This document shows positions 20,769 through 34,960 of a stretch of 64,000 nt of DNA, in pieces. The DNA is taken from contig OZ024758.1 of NCBI GenBank assembly GCA_964016885.1, positions 3,038,001 through 3,102,000 on the forward strand, read 5' to 3'. Origin of the DNA: Eledone cirrhosa. Its lineage: Eukaryota. The position numbers and the translations under genes were made by a program. Positions within the stretch are counted from its first letter, which is position 1. Every line of letters begins with the position of its first letter. The notes under the pieces were generated by a model. That model saw only the letters and a list, made by a program, of their open reading frames with translations. It searched no databases and had not been told where the DNA came from.

Positions 20769-21399
20769 ACATGTAACATAAGGTTACACTACATTAAGCT
20801 AAATCTCTCTTTCTCTCTCTGTATATATATATATATATATGTTAAGTATTTCCGAAGAAAAAGCAAAGGAAAAAAGAGTGCTCTATGTATAATACAGAGC
20901 TATTTAATTAGGAAGTAAACAACACAATATAACAACTCAATTAGCAAAGGATTCATGGTATAGGGTCCAGAAACATTTGGCAATGGAGTAGTTATATAAT
21001 GTTGTTTAGTTCCTAATTATATATATAAATATATATATGAGGCATTTATGTGTCTTTGAGAAAGGATAAGGCGTCAGGTCATTTCACATAGATATTTTTT
21101 TCTTGAGACAACTGTTAAGGGTCAAGTTAGATATGTCAGGTGTGTTTGGGCGTGCGTGTGTGTATATATATATATGCGTGTGTCTATGCTTGTGTACTCC
21201 TGCGTGAATGTGATGGGTATTTTATGGGACTCTGCAATTAGTGTCTACATTCTTCCACTAACATAACGTAGGTGAAAGATGGGCAAGTGTACAAAAGAAA
21301 ATATTTTCACAAATTAACGTCGTACAGGGATCGATCATGATCACGTGATTGTGCAGTAAACTATTTACGCCAAGATAATTTGTATTGCGAATGTCTCGT

Positions 21400-22090
21400 A
21401 GTTACGTCATCGAACTGGTTGAATCATTTTCGCATTGGATAGTATATCATAAGTACCTTCTTCTTCGACCGAGTTTACACTCGCAAAGATTTTGCATGCT
21501 TTCTCCAGTCGTCCCGGTCGAGCATAACATTTCTCAGATGTTATCAATGTTGGCATCTCTCAGCAGGGTATCGATGAATGAGTCAGCCTGTCATCTCACG
21601 CTCCTTCGTTCGTCCGCCGGTTTCCAAAGCACAAGTTGTGATGCTATCTCTTATGGATGACGGATGCAATGCCCAGCCAGTTTCATACGTCTGCAGGCAA
21701 CTTTTTCTGAGACTGGTGCTAGTGATATGTATAGTTCCTTATTTGTCAGCTTCTGTTTCCAAGAAATGATGAGAGCCATTCTCGATATTCTCGTGTAACA
21801 TCCGTCAAGTCGTTTGCATAGCACTTTGTCAATAGTCCAGGTTTCTCTGGCGTAAACAGGACGGATTCAACAATTGCTAGGAAGATGCGCTCCTTGATTT
21901 TGCGTTTTTTTTTAGGTCAGACTTCCACACCTTCAGTAGCTTGTGGCGTGCCTTACATGCTAATACTTTTCTAACTTCGAAGTCCTTGCGTGAGCTATAC
22001 ACCCATGCACCAAGATACTTAAAGTTCTCAACTGTTAGTGTCATATCTCCGAATAAAATCCAATCAGCTTTTGTGTTGAGAATTCCCACA
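21400..22090 (-). mobile_element. Decayed RTE-like LINE, RT thumb and C-terminal region
   Basis: VENFKYLGAWVYSSRKDFEVRKVLACKARHKLLKVWKS, followed after frameshifts by VESVL..ETWTIDKVLCKRLDGCYTRISRMAL-like sequence. Confidence 0.85.
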
Positions 22091-23294
22091 GTGCATCCAT
22101 TGACCATAAGAATGTTTAAAACTTACTTCAGAAGACGCAAACATTCTTATTATAATGTACACTGTAAGCTTGACATCAGACACACCAAAATCAGTTAGAT
22201 AACATCTTTAAAAGTTCTACGTTTCTCTAACATATAGAATTGAAACAGATTTCTGTTGAAAACTACTCCAAATATACAACTGCAATTTCATTAACGGTGA
22301 CCTCTCCCTCTCTCACCAGAAACATGAGATGCCGGAATGAATGTACCGAGATGATAAATCTAGATATCTTGCTAAATATAATGGGTCAAGTATTGATTTC
22401 CCGTTGCAGATTCTCATTGTAATTGTATTGTATATACTTTGACAAATATCGATACGTTAGTCGGCGGAGATTCTTATATTGGTTCTTACGTCAATGTCCT
22501 TGGCTGTCTGCAAGTGACAGGACGTCTATTGAAGCATTCAAGGTGTTCAGGAAAATACTATTATTAAAACAGGAAGCTCAAATTAAACGGAATGGAAATA
22601 TTTAACACGACATGATTATTTATGCACTATCTGTTCAAGCTAGGTATACGAGACGTAAAACATTACTTCATATCTCATCTGTATAAAAGTAAACGAGATT
22701 TTATTTTGAGAATGTAAAAAAAATCCATCAATAAGCAACATATATAACATGTATCTCAAGTTAAACTACAAAATTAACAAATTTCAATTCCGTGAAATTA
22801 ACTTCTTCAAAATTAACTACGAGAAGGTTGTAGCTAAAGTGCAGAAAATGATAAAGTAAGGAATAATATATTTCAAGAATTAATCCCTGAGCTGGAATGT
22901 GTATAATGAGATCTGTAAAACTGTACACTCCATTTCAACATGAAATACAAGCGACAGAGTCAATTTTAATCGCTCGTAAAATCGGTAAAATCGTTTGAAT
23001 AATCATACGGCTTCTGCAACGAGACTATCCAAATAGATTCCATGAACTAGACACTTTCCACAGCAATCTAAGAGATATAATACTACTATTAGAGGAAATG
23101 GACCCGGTAATCTAAAGTCATTACAGAAGCAGATCTACAAACGTCTTGCAAATCCACAGTTGCAACCGTCAACATAGTCTACTAAAGCTATTTCGACACA
23201 TGATATACCAGATACATGACAATAATATATACACATAAATTAGGATGTAGCTCGAGGACAAACAATACGAGACCCATGCCACTCACATCCAGTT

Positions 23295-23339
<45 letters not shown>

Positions 23340-23460
23340 ATAGAAGTCACAACTACCACCACTACAACCTCTAGTACTACCACTAATAACCCTACAACAA
23401 CTACGATTGCAACGACGACCACCACCACCATTACTACTACTACTACTAGTACTACATATG

Positions 23461-23492
<32 letters not shown>

Positions 23493-23574
23493 CATAAGGT
23501 TCCATCTTAGACCCAATCTTCTTCCTAACAAGAAAGATGAACAGACCATCTTCAACATTTAATTTTAAATTTTA

Positions 23575-23846
23575 CATCTTTGATTCTTTTTTAATTCTTT
23601 TTAATTGTAATATTAAACATTTTATAAGATGGTTACACCAACCTATCGAAACCGGTTATATTTTATATACGTTATAAAACTCCTTTTTTTTCAAAGAAAT
23701 TGTTCCTCCTAACTTTTTCAATAATGTCACTTTGACGGATCAAAGACGAAAACGAAGAGAAACAAATTATTTAAATATATTTTCCGTGGTTTTACCAATT
23801 CTACTTTTTCTCTATGACTTCTGTTTTGTATAGAACCTTTCTCCTT

Positions 23847-23850
<4 letters not shown>
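23575..23850 (+). mobile_element. Repeat family D, copy 1, with degenerate hammerhead (~23615-23663)
   Basis: AAACAT-TTTATAA-GATGG..CCTATC-GAAAC-CG-GTT-ATATTT; flanks homologous to 43620-43875 (TTTTTCAATAATGTCACTTTGACG); ends at (TA)n. Confidence 0.6.
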
Positions 23851-23905
<55 letters not shown>

Positions 23906-23934
23906 GTAATCTGAGTTTTTCGAATATTAATAAA

Positions 23935-24020
23935 AGTTTCTACTTTGGGCACAAAGCCAGCAATTATCCCAGTGTATTACTGATACATTATTTTATCGAC
24001 CCCGTAAGGATGAAAGGCAA
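23935..24020 (-). mobile_element. Meta-like SINE 3' fragment
   Basis: GGCACAAAGCCAGCAATT...TTTTATCGACCCCGTAAGGATGAAAGGCAA. Confidence 0.8.
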
Positions 24021-24677
24021 TTATGCAAACATCTTCTTTTAAAGCCATGACAGTAGAATGAGCCCTTCATTCTCGCTCTTCTGTTGGCATGGAAACAGAA
24101 CTAGTTATTAGTTATATATATACATGTGTAAGCATATATGACTGTGTATGCCTGTGTGTTATGTTATAATTTCATATTTTATTAATGCAATTCAATTCAG
24201 AGTCTGACCTATATTTTCAATCAATTCTCCATTAATACTCTGTATGGTGTTTATTGTTTAGATAAGTTTATACCTCTTGGAAGGTTTCCTCTACGGCCTT
24301 GAAAATCTTAACTAGAAAGTCGTGTTGTGTTAACGGCTATAAAAAACTTACTTGATGCCAAATATTGTAGATGAAATGTCGGTAACTGATAATTCTTTGT
24401 TTTGTTATAAGAGCAAAATGTCATATTAACATTTAAAAATGTTGTTAACTATAAAGATTAAGGGAAACGCCATTAACAAGTTAGTGAAAATTTAAGATAG
24501 CACCATTGTTCTATGAATTTCATTCCTTGCAGAATATTTACTAACAGTTGTGTCTAACATAAAAAATATATTAGTTGTATGTTTCCATATACTTTATGAT
24601 GGCGTTGTATTCTGTTTTGTGTAAAAGCTGCTATTTACTGAAGGTAAAACTGGTATTTGTTGTTATTTAGGTTCAGT

Positions 24678-24895
24678 AGGGCAGTGGATTGGCAATCTCG
24701 GTAGAGGGTCGGATACCATGCTTTGCAGCATAGAGTTACGGCCGTTTATGATCTGAGTTCAAATCCCGCCGATGTTAACTTTGCCATTCATCCTTACGAG
24801 GCCTATAACAAAGTAGCAGTCACGCACTGGGGCCGATTTAGTTGACTTTCCCCTCCCCCGATATTGCTGGCCTTGTGCCTATATCAGAAACCCTT
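24678..24895 (+). mobile_element. Near full-length Meta-like SINE
   Basis: A box, GAGTTCAAATCCC B box, CTTTGCCATTCATCCTTACG, tail TTGCTGGCCTTGTGCCTA. Confidence 0.85.
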
Positions 24896-26154
24896 ATTCA
24901 ACTTCAGTTCAAACATAATTAATTAGGGAATACATTCTTCAGGGTGGCCATATTTTTCTAAATCTATCAAACGTGATTTGAAGGATATGTGGCTGTTATT
25001 TATAGAAGATCAAGCGATCTCCTAGAAGCCCCGTTGTGAATTACATATAGAATTACACTTTACGAAAGATTGACGATAGAAATATTTCATTATTGAAACA
25101 CTCCATGTGGAAGGAAAGATCTAATAACGAACATTATATAGCAATAACCCCTTATACCGAAATAGAATAAGTATTTAAGCCCAATAATACAGGACTCTGT
25201 TTGTTCGAAACCAATACGCCGATACTGAAGAAAAAAATTCTAGAAACGGTGAATTTCAAATATGGACAATAAACGCGCAGATATAAGCTAGAATGTAGTT
25301 CAACCCAGATCTCCCGATTGATTATACGTGTTATCAGAAGTTATTTAATTCCGCATAATACATAGAATTTTATGAGGAAGTATGCTCGGATTTCCCGCCC
25401 AGAATGTCACATATATTACTAATTAATCAAATATAAAAGGAACAATTTAACCTCGCATAGATTTGAAGTTAGAACGAAAAGGGAGGTAACTATAACAGCG
25501 AAACGAGCTATGCTTGATATTCTAATATAATCCATAGTACTAAGAAAAATTCAACATCATTGGAGGCGTAAAATATTAATCAAATAGAACATGATATCTT
25601 GAGATTAAGAAATTCATTGATTTGCAAAAAAGAAAATCAATGAATAAAAGAAAAGAAAAAAACGAAGATACAAAAATGTTTGTTTCTCTTCAAATATATG
25701 CGAAAAATAGAAACAAGAAAAAAAAAAAGATTATTTTGTTTCTTCTCAAATATATGCAAAATATTCTACATGAAAGAGTTAATCGCCAGCTACCGGAAGT
25801 GAGCGTATTGCAAACAGCCTGGGATTAGATAAATTCTGTTTGAAATTTACATATGATTATAATCGCTTCAAAATTACATTAAGAAATTAATAAAACATTC
25901 AGAATGAAAATCTCCACGGAAACACAGAGATATGAAAATAGAACAGACGCTTGAATAAGCAGAAAACTATGTAAAATAATAAGAAATTAAAAACAGCTTC
26001 AATCAACAAATACTATCTCTCAGTAATGTGTAAGTATACATAGTTAATACACACATACACAGACCCCCCCCCCCACACACACAAATATATATATATATAC
26101 ATTCATACACAGGCACATACACATAAATGCATACAGACATTCTTATACACACAC

Positions 26155-26229
<75 letters not shown>

Positions 26230-26374
26230 CACACATACAAAAATACATATATACATATACATATATACTTATACTCACACTTTTGTCTACAAAACCACGT
26301 AGGTTTTGTCGGGTGTTCATGTGTGTATTGTGTGCATACATGAATATATATATATATATATATACACATATATA

Positions 26375-26695
26375 CACATAGATGAATGTGTGTATATATA
26401 CACACATATATGACTATGTATACATATGTACATATAGATGAATATGTATACATATATACACGTAGATGAATATGTATACACAATATAGATGAAAATGCAT
26501 ACATATATACACAGCGATGGATATATATATATATACATATATACACAGTTGAATATGTATACATATATACACATAGATGAGTATGTATACATATATACAC
26601 ATAGAAGAATATGTATACATCTATGTGTATATATATAAGTATATATACATATATACATATATACACGTAGATGAATATACATACATAAATACACA
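26375..26695. repeat. ~28-bp minisatellite (ATATATACACATAGATGAATATGTATAC-like)
   Basis: Repeated diverged units. Confidence 0.8.
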
Positions 26696-27511
26696 TAGGT
26701 ACTAAGTATGAGTTTAAACCACGTTTAAGCTATAATAATGTAACTACTAGATATGATACTGTCAGACGGTAGAATGAGTGTAAGCTTATTAAATGTGCCA
26801 CGAAGACAACCTTGTTAAATGTCTGTTATAAGATGTGATTAAAGTATTTAATCTTAAAATTCTGAAATATTTTCTTTGATAAGTTTTTATTTAGAGTTCA
26901 TTCTACTTGGAAAGTCTGTTTGGAAGATGTTTTGAATGTAATGAATATGGAAGCAAATCTATTAGGTTATATATACCTACACACACACACTCTCACAATC
27001 ACACACGCATACATGCACAGAAACACACACATACACACACATATATACACAGAGATACAGAGATACATATACGTACAATCGAACACATACACAGACACAC
27101 ACATGTACACTCACAGAAGAACCCTCACATGTGAATGGGTATGTGTGGTTATGTGTCAACGTACAGGAGTGGTTATGTGTGTGTCGACGTGTGGTGTGTG
27201 TGTGTGTGTATATATATATATGAGTGTAGACTAGAAAGGTCATAGTCTGACTATGAAGGAGTGATACTAGAGATGTGAAATCTTACATGCATTAATTCCA
27301 TCTCTTATTAATTACTGTTTTGTTTCTTTCTACCGTCCATGTTGAAAAATATACCACATTTGGTCATTCCATGAGAGTGTCTTGGTTAGGCTATGAACCT
27401 CTTAGCCTAGCCTCATGTGTGCGTGTGTTTGTGTGTATTTGTGTGTTGGTGGGGTTGCCAGTTTAGTCGCCAACGACCCGACAATGAGACAGGTCGTACT
27501 GGGATAGATAC

Positions 27512-27548
<37 letters not shown>

Positions 27549-27604
27549 CTTGATATACATATATATATATATGCGTATGTGCTTGTGCATGTGTATGTAT
27601 GTAT

Positions 27605-27780
27605 TCGAAACATAAATGAAATCAACACTGCAAAACTATAAAATATAACGAAGAAATATATTACAATATTGCTTGAGTGTAGGAAAATAGAATTTACGTA
27701 TCTGACACAAGTCCTTCTTCAGATGAGAGAAAAAGGTAAAAATAGAAATATAAGATAAAGGAAAGGGTAATAAATCCGGT
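27605..27780 (-). mobile_element. Family C repeat with degenerate hammerhead (27693-27724)
   Basis: Minus strand CTGAAGA-AGGACTTGTGTCA-GATAC-GTA, followed by a CTATTTTCC... tail like 17788-17870. Confidence 0.55.
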
Positions 27781-29421
27781 GGTAAAAAGCACGTATATGT
27801 TCAGTCAGCCACTTAGGGTAATATCATATATATATAGAGAGAGAATGCCTGCGGCCGCATGTGTGAATGATTGGGTAAATGTGTATGTTTGACAGTGTAT
27901 CAATTATAAACAGTGCTGAAATCAATTACAAGGTATTTCTAATATGGCTGACATAAAGTGTAGTTTGTGCTTGGATCAATTTCGCATGTTCATGTCTTGC
28001 CTCCAAAGTCTGTGCATGGTTAAATACTTACATAGTAAATCGTTATTATTATGAGAAAAGTAAAGAACTTTGGCAAGAAAATATATGACCGGCAAAGAAA
28101 CTATAAGAATACATATTATTAAATCCTCCATAATTTCAAGAACGAATGAACCTAGACAGAGAATTTTTTATAGATGTATTTCATATAGATCTGTTAAGGA
28201 AGCGTTTGCCTTATATTTGAATATGAATGACAAGCTCTATATCACATACATATAGACATAGTACACTCAATTGATATTTAAATCTCCATCGCTATAGATA
28301 TAACTGACTATGTATATTAAATATAATCAATGGTAGAAATCACCAAAACAGAAGATTAGCGTCTTCCAAATATGGTTTTGCTTGTTCCAAGAAATGATTT
28401 ACTATTTATGTAAGAAAGATTGATTTTGTTATGTTAGTTATGCGGAACATGTAGTACAACTTGACTGTAACAAGTAAACTGTTAGACTTTACATTTATTG
28501 CAATTTATATGATTTAGTTCAGCCAAGAGGTATTCGATTAGGCTTCTTACAGTACTCAAACTTCTGAGAACGATATACGGGTTTTGCTTTATGAAACGGA
28601 GAATCTGTATCGAGTTTCTGTCAGAGCTTTAAGGTAAATTAACAAATCAAAGGCAGAGTTTTCAAGGTTAGATCAATGTTTCTACGGACGATTTTAAGTT
28701 CTGCAAATTCCAGAAAATATTGATTTAGCGATCGGTTGTAGCCAACAACGTTACATGAATAAGGGTTATAATTAATTGAAACGACGCCAGTTAATATTGA
28801 TAGGGATTTTTTTTTATCTCGACCGGAAGGACGAAACTAAAAGTTGAATATTAATAATGTATGAATACTAATTACTTCTAGTCACATGACAACTACAGAA
28901 TACTATAATTATTGGAGAGAGAAGCATATATATTTAATGAGTTGTGTGAACATTAATTGTTTTATATGCTACATGGAGTACATTTGCAAAAATATTTCAT
29001 TAATTATAAAAACCTTATATTAGGAACTTCAGAATTTGGTCAAAGCTTCACATGGATGTTCTAGAATTTATTTTAGGTTACACAGGATGGGAACGATTGA
29101 ATATGGTTATTCGGATCATCTAAAGTAGGGATTACATCTCTGTTTAGAATATTATTTGCCTTTATAAGGAGAACAATGTATTCGCCAGTATGATCATGAA
29201 TCTTGGGTAATGACCGGAATAATACGATCGTGAATACAAACAGGCGAATGAGGAATTCAACGAATGGTGCTTACCATATATTATTTGACATTTAAATCGA
29301 TCAATATCTGACGGAGAGGATTATTTAGAGTTATATAGACAACACCTATCAGATAATTGACGCGCAGAAAAGTAAATTGGAGCTGGTATCTATAACCAAA
29401 GCTGTGTGTATATATATATAC

Positions 29422-29461
<40 letters not shown>

Positions 29462-29703
29462 CAGCGAGTGTAACATGAAGTTACTGTAGATTCACCCAGG
29501 TGAGCACTCGATGTTTAGTTTCACGTCAATAGCGAGGTGTGGAGCTAAACAGAGTGTAATATAATAATACAATTCCAGAGTCCTGCCAGATCGCTACAGA
29601 TCGAACCTTGAGCTCATCAATAACGAAACGCGCGTCATCAATCAATAAACGTAATGAAGACTTAACAAATCGTCCTTGTATTATTATTATTATTATTAAA
29701 TGG

Positions 29704-29871
29704 AGGGCGGTGGATTGGTAGTATCGGCTTTGAGGCATAGAGTTACGGCCCTTGCCATACTGAGTTCAAATCCCGCCGTGGTTAACTTTGCCTTTCATCC
29801 TTACGATGGCGACAAAATAAAGTACCAGTGATGCACAGGATAATTACTGGCCTTGTGCCAAAAGTAGAAAC

Positions 29872-29875
<4 letters not shown>
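29704..29875 (+). mobile_element. Meta-like SINE
   Basis: AGGGCGGTGGATTGG...GAGTTCAAATCCCGCC...CTTTGCCTTTCATCC...GGCCTTGTGCCAAAAGTAGAAAC. Confidence 0.85.
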
Positions 29876-29932
<57 letters not shown>

Positions 29933-29953
29933 ATATATATATATATAATATAT

Positions 29954-29993
<40 letters not shown>

Positions 29994-29995
<2 letters not shown>

Positions 29996-30114
29996 GAAGG
30001 CGTGTGGCTGAGTGGTTAGAGTATTGGATTCACAATCGTGAGGTTGTGAGTTCGATTCCTGAACCAGGCGATGCGTTATGTCCTTGAGCAAGACACTTTA
30101 TTTCACGTTGCTCC
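29994..30114 (+). mobile_element. CORE-type tRNA SINE
   Basis: TGGCTGAGTGG (A box), GAGTTCGATTCC (B box), GTCCTTGAGCAAGACACTTTATTTCAC. Confidence 0.85.
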
Positions 30115-31916
30115 TTCTACCTGGAGTTGCGACCGATAGATAGTATTAGCAATTGGAAAGACCAACGGAAACATAGTTTCCTCGGTCCGATTTGACGAAA
30201 GTCGATCGACTAGAATATATATATATATATATATATAGCCATTTGCAAAATATATTCACTTAATCTGAAATGCCATTAACCAACTGGCTATATTAAACCT
30301 CATTTCAAATTACATCTACTCTGCATATATATTACAGTCTGTCTGATACGGCTAAAATAATATATTCTAAATCTTACAATATATTATTTGGAAGGAAGGT
30401 GATATGTCTGTAAAGCTGGGCGAAAGAAAATTCAGATAATCCTTAAAGTTTATAATTTCAGAACTAATATTTTAATGAAGTATTTTTTCTCGGTTTTATT
30501 TTAGTTTAGATTCCCCTTTTGAAAGAAAATTGAATATTATTTTAAGTATAACTTTAGGCAATATGATAAAGCAATATATTTTCATTTCTAAAACTAGATT
30601 AAAACGTTATGATATGATTGGCTGCTTAGATTCCATTCTGCTAAACACAATCATAGTCATGTCGATATATATTTATTTGCTAAACTGAAATGATATTAAA
30701 ATTCAAATCTATAACTCTTTCAGTGCAGTTTAAAAGTCTAGAAGATAACTCAATTTGATTTTGTAATTTATTATACTACAGCGTCCAAAATAAATATACA
30801 CTTTTGTATACCCATGATGCAAGTTCCAGGCCCAATCAGTATCATAGGCTGGTCCGTTCTATTGCAGACATAATGGAAATGAAGACGTGTGATAAACTTA
30901 CGAGTGTGTTAATAAATAAATAATTGAATCTCGCACTGGATTGATAGTATACTCATCGTTCCTGAAAAGAGTGAAAATCAAGGTCAGCAGGATTTAAAGT
31001 TGATATGAAGAGAGCCAGTGCGAATACCAAAAGGCTTTATATGTGGTAACTGTAAAAAGTAGCTGCATTTGATAGCTTGATAATCATATTAGCGGTATGG
31101 TTATTTTGTTTGACAAAGACGTGCTCTGTTCATGTAATGTCACTGTAATATTATCCCCTCTCCCACCTTTCATATATCATCTCTATCAGCTTTTTCTCTA
31201 TGTATGCCTCATAGTAACAACTGTCTTTATTTACCCCCATAACATCCTCCCTCTCTATCTATCCTGTCTCAGTCTTCTTCCTTTAACCACCATAAGTAAC
31301 AAAATCGAACAAGTTAAAGGGGTCAAACAAAATGAGATATGATTGAAATAGTTACCCGGACACTCGGGGAAGATGGAATACTCCGAAATTGGGTTACTGC
31401 AACACCTAAATCAATAATACTGTCTGCTTATAAAAAATAAGCTTTTGGTATAATAATCGAACAAGGCATGGCTTTATCAACAGGCTTTTGTTCTTCTTGC
31501 GCCAGAATCTCGCAGGTTATGAAAGCACATGTGCGGTTGTAAAGGGATAAAACCCCTATTTTGACCAGGAAATTCAGCATGTAGTTATTGAAAAAAATTG
31601 CAAAAACCGCACAAAACGAATTAAGCTCCCGACCGAGTTCTTTTTAAAATAAACTTAAGCGATTAATCAGTCAATAGAATTAACTAAAAAGCCCCCAAAA
31701 ATTAACTGGTTAATCGCTTGACTTGGGTGATTAATACAAATATAAATTTAGCGAGAATCGCATTTCAGCGGGTACAAATTAGCGAAACGCAACTTCCATA
31801 TTGTGCAGACAAGTGCTCCATGGATATGAAGAAGATACCAGAGCTATAAACATAAGCTAAAATGGTCAACCACGCTGAGACGATGGTTAAGAAGCCACTA
31901 ACCACCATAGTCAAAA

Positions 31917-31958
31917 AAGCGAACAAGCTAAACGGGTCAAACAAAAAGAGATATGATT

Positions 31959-32019
<61 letters not shown>

Positions 32020-32201
32020 CGAAGGAAATGTGGTAAGGAACCAGGTGGACCATAACGCACCAAAGTACTCAATACTTGAGGTAGTAGAGTGGGTAATAGG
32101 AACTAGTAAGACCCCGACAGCTGAGCTCAAGCCGTTTCGACGGCTAATTCTGAATTAGCCGTCGAAACGGCTTGAGCTCAGCTGTCGGGGTCTTACTAGT
32201 T

Positions 32202-32240
<39 letters not shown>

Positions 32241-32283
32241 CAATCATATCTCATTTTGTTTGACCCGTTTAGCTTGTTCGCTT
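31917..32283. repeat. Nested inverted repeat: outer 44-bp arms (31917-31960 / 32240-32283) enclosing (TA)n and family E copy 2
   Basis: Outer arms differ at one base; a diverged third direct copy lies at ~31287-31346. Confidence 0.9.
32017..32206. mobile_element. Hairpin repeat family E, copy 2 (perfect 55-bp arms, 1-nt spacer)
   Basis: 32096-32150 is the exact reverse complement of 32152-32206. Confidence 0.92.
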
Positions 32284-32529
32284 ATATATATATATATATA
32301 TATATATAGTAATAATAATAAACGCCTAGACTGAAAGCAGCGATTCTTTGCTTAAACTTTAATCTGTTATTTTAATAAATATATATATCATCGCCTCCTT
32401 ACTTCTAACAAAGATATAAAGATAAAAATTACTTCATGTATATGTCAGCCCCTTCCTTCCTCTAAGGAAAAGGTAGATGCCATCTGATATCAGATTGGTT
32501 CCGAAAATAGAGGATTCTTCAGAAGTGTA

Positions 32530-32750
32530 CATGTTCTACCTCCATCAATCTCTACGGCGTTTCCTGCTGCTGTTTGATCATCAGGCCACAAACATACAAG
32601 AATAATTATGTACAACCATGAAACTCACTCCATTTGCACACACGTAACCTGGTCTCTTAACCTCGGCAAACCTGCACACCAGACTACTCGCATAACCTCC
32701 TCAGCCACCTTAACACTTTTTATTCCTTCCTTACGAACCCTGTTGTCCTA
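32530..32750 (+). mobile_element. Possible decayed CR1/L2-type LINE 3' region
   Basis: Weak L..SL.R....D...TYK and KP....R.N..SH-like remnants across frameshifts. Confidence 0.3.
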
Positions 32751-34477
32751 ACGTTTCCTATTTTCCTAAATTTTGCTATTTCTGTAAAGACATAAAACCT
32801 CATTTGAAACCCCCATTTCTTCAATTCTTGCACTACATACATACATACATGCATACATACATATATATATATAGTAATAAATCATGCCGTGCGTGTAGTC
32901 AAATATATTTTATCACAGTGCCTCACAGGTGGATTGAATCCCAAAGCTATTCAATGAGTTCATTTTTAACTAGCGGTTCTTGCGTTTGCCAATATTACTT
33001 CTTTCTAAGGCGAAATAATTCAATTTATTCCTTCTTATTTCATCTGATACAAATAAACATTTAATGGAAACGCAATGAAAAATAATTTTCTCCGAGAAAT
33101 ATCCAAGAAAGAAACCATGCATTTTCTCGTGATAGAGACATTTTATTAAACAAAAAAAGAGTTCTTTTTCCAGCTCATAAAATACCAGCATATAAATAAG
33201 ATCTAAATTAGTTGAAAGCGTGTTTCGATAATTTTGTGCTGCAGCATTCTTCGTATTGATATCAAAAGCGTCGCACTTCCTTTTCAGACTCTCGGAAAGC
33301 CAACAGAATCATTCAACATGTTGATATTACATCCCCATTCAAAACGCATAAATGGCTGAATGATTATCATTTTCAACTGAATTCTAATAGCTTAAATGAA
33401 AGACCATGCATCACGAAAGAACCAATCTCAATAATAGACTTTTAACTCAAAATATTTAATGTCATTTCATTACCAAAAAATGCCATGATGAATATCGTAA
33501 AACGAAATCTGACATCAAAGAATTAATTACTTTAAAAAGAAAAAAATATATAATTGTTTAAATGTAAAAGCAATAAAATAATAAGATAACTAGGCTGAGA
33601 ATAATATATTACTTAATGGAAATGGGGAAAATACACACGCACATTTTTTTAAAGCGTTGATATAGAAAAAATAATAAAAGTTATTGTTAACAGATAAAAG
33701 AAAAAAATATTTAAAGTTATTGTTAACTGTTAAAAGAAAAAAATATAATGCGAAAAGAATAATGAAAACATTTCAAAATGAATTTTGCAATTGCTGGACG
33801 AAAGATTTGGCAATAACATTGGAAGAAATATTAGCCATAGTAAAGAAAAATAGAAAATTGGTAAGGAAACTGATAGAGGAAAAATATAAAATAAAATAGT
33901 CTTCTAAGCATCTGAGAAGAATTTGAATAGGATTCAGATAACAAACACAACAGGGAAATTGTCAACAAACGAATTATATAAACATAGCAGAGTGGCAGAG
34001 ATCCGCAATTAAGTATTTTTCCAGAGGGAACAAGCTACTTAAATGGAATCCCGGATGTCCTATGTGTAACAACACAATGGAAAACAACACAGAAATAAAC
34101 AAACTGGGTGTATTTGCAGTGATATCATTACATTGCCTTGAATAATTCCTTCACGTTTCATTGGTCAGAAGATAGTGAAAGTAATGCTAAAAAATAATGT
34201 CACGTGTTTTCATACTCTTTCATCTCCTTTCACGAACATGCCTTAGAATAAAGCAAATTCTCTGAAGATATCATATATGTTCTCAAGGATAACAATACTG
34301 GTTATTATCACTGATAATATTATCCACCAATTCCGTGACGCAGAGACCAAGAATGGATTAATGTATAAATAAAGCCACACCTTGTCTAATTCTCTGAACA
34401 TTTTCCGCATCAAAGGTTTTGTTTGCTTCATCAAACATATTAATCATTATGATTATCATTGTTATCAATACTATAAG

Positions 34478-34960
34478 GATGGTGGTTAGAAGGATTGTAA
34501 AGCGTCGGTCAATATGCATCACAGCATATAGTTAGGGTCTGATACGTTCTGATTTCAAACCCCACTGCGGTTTGCTTTGCCTTTCATCCTTAATAAGTCA
34601 ATTAAATAGACTTCAAGTATGAATCCTTATTTGGTCCATGAAATAAAGTACATGTAACCCACTGCGGTCAATTTAATTGGCTTTCCTCTTCTCTTGGAAT
34701 TGCAAGACTTGTACCGAAAGTCGAAATATTTACCAACAATTATTTATGGCTATAGACTAACTGTATCAGTACAGCTACCTACAACAAGCTTTGATACATA
34801 GAGGTCGTAAAGCGTTGTAACTCTGTGTTCAAATCACATCGCGGTTAGCTTTGCCTTTCATACTAAAGGGGTCGATAAAATAAAGAACCATTAAAGAACT
34901 AGGGGTAGATTTAATCGATACCCCCATCACTTCAACTTCCTGGACATTTTCCAAATGTTA
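34478..34960 (+). mobile_element. Two diverged Meta-like SINE copies
   Basis: CTTTGCCTTTCATCC at ~34576 and CTTTGCCTTTCATACTAAAGGGGTCGATAAAATAAAG at ~34849. Confidence 0.7.

Noticed and set aside
29624-29650. GAAACGCGCGTC + AATAAA, resembling a hammerhead 3' half
   Set aside because: No CTGANGA box or stem II upstream; at most a relic
29994-30065. tRNA-like sequence (also 2620-2690 and ~46950-47010)
   Set aside because: SINE heads: no proper acceptor stem, and they run into SINE bodies
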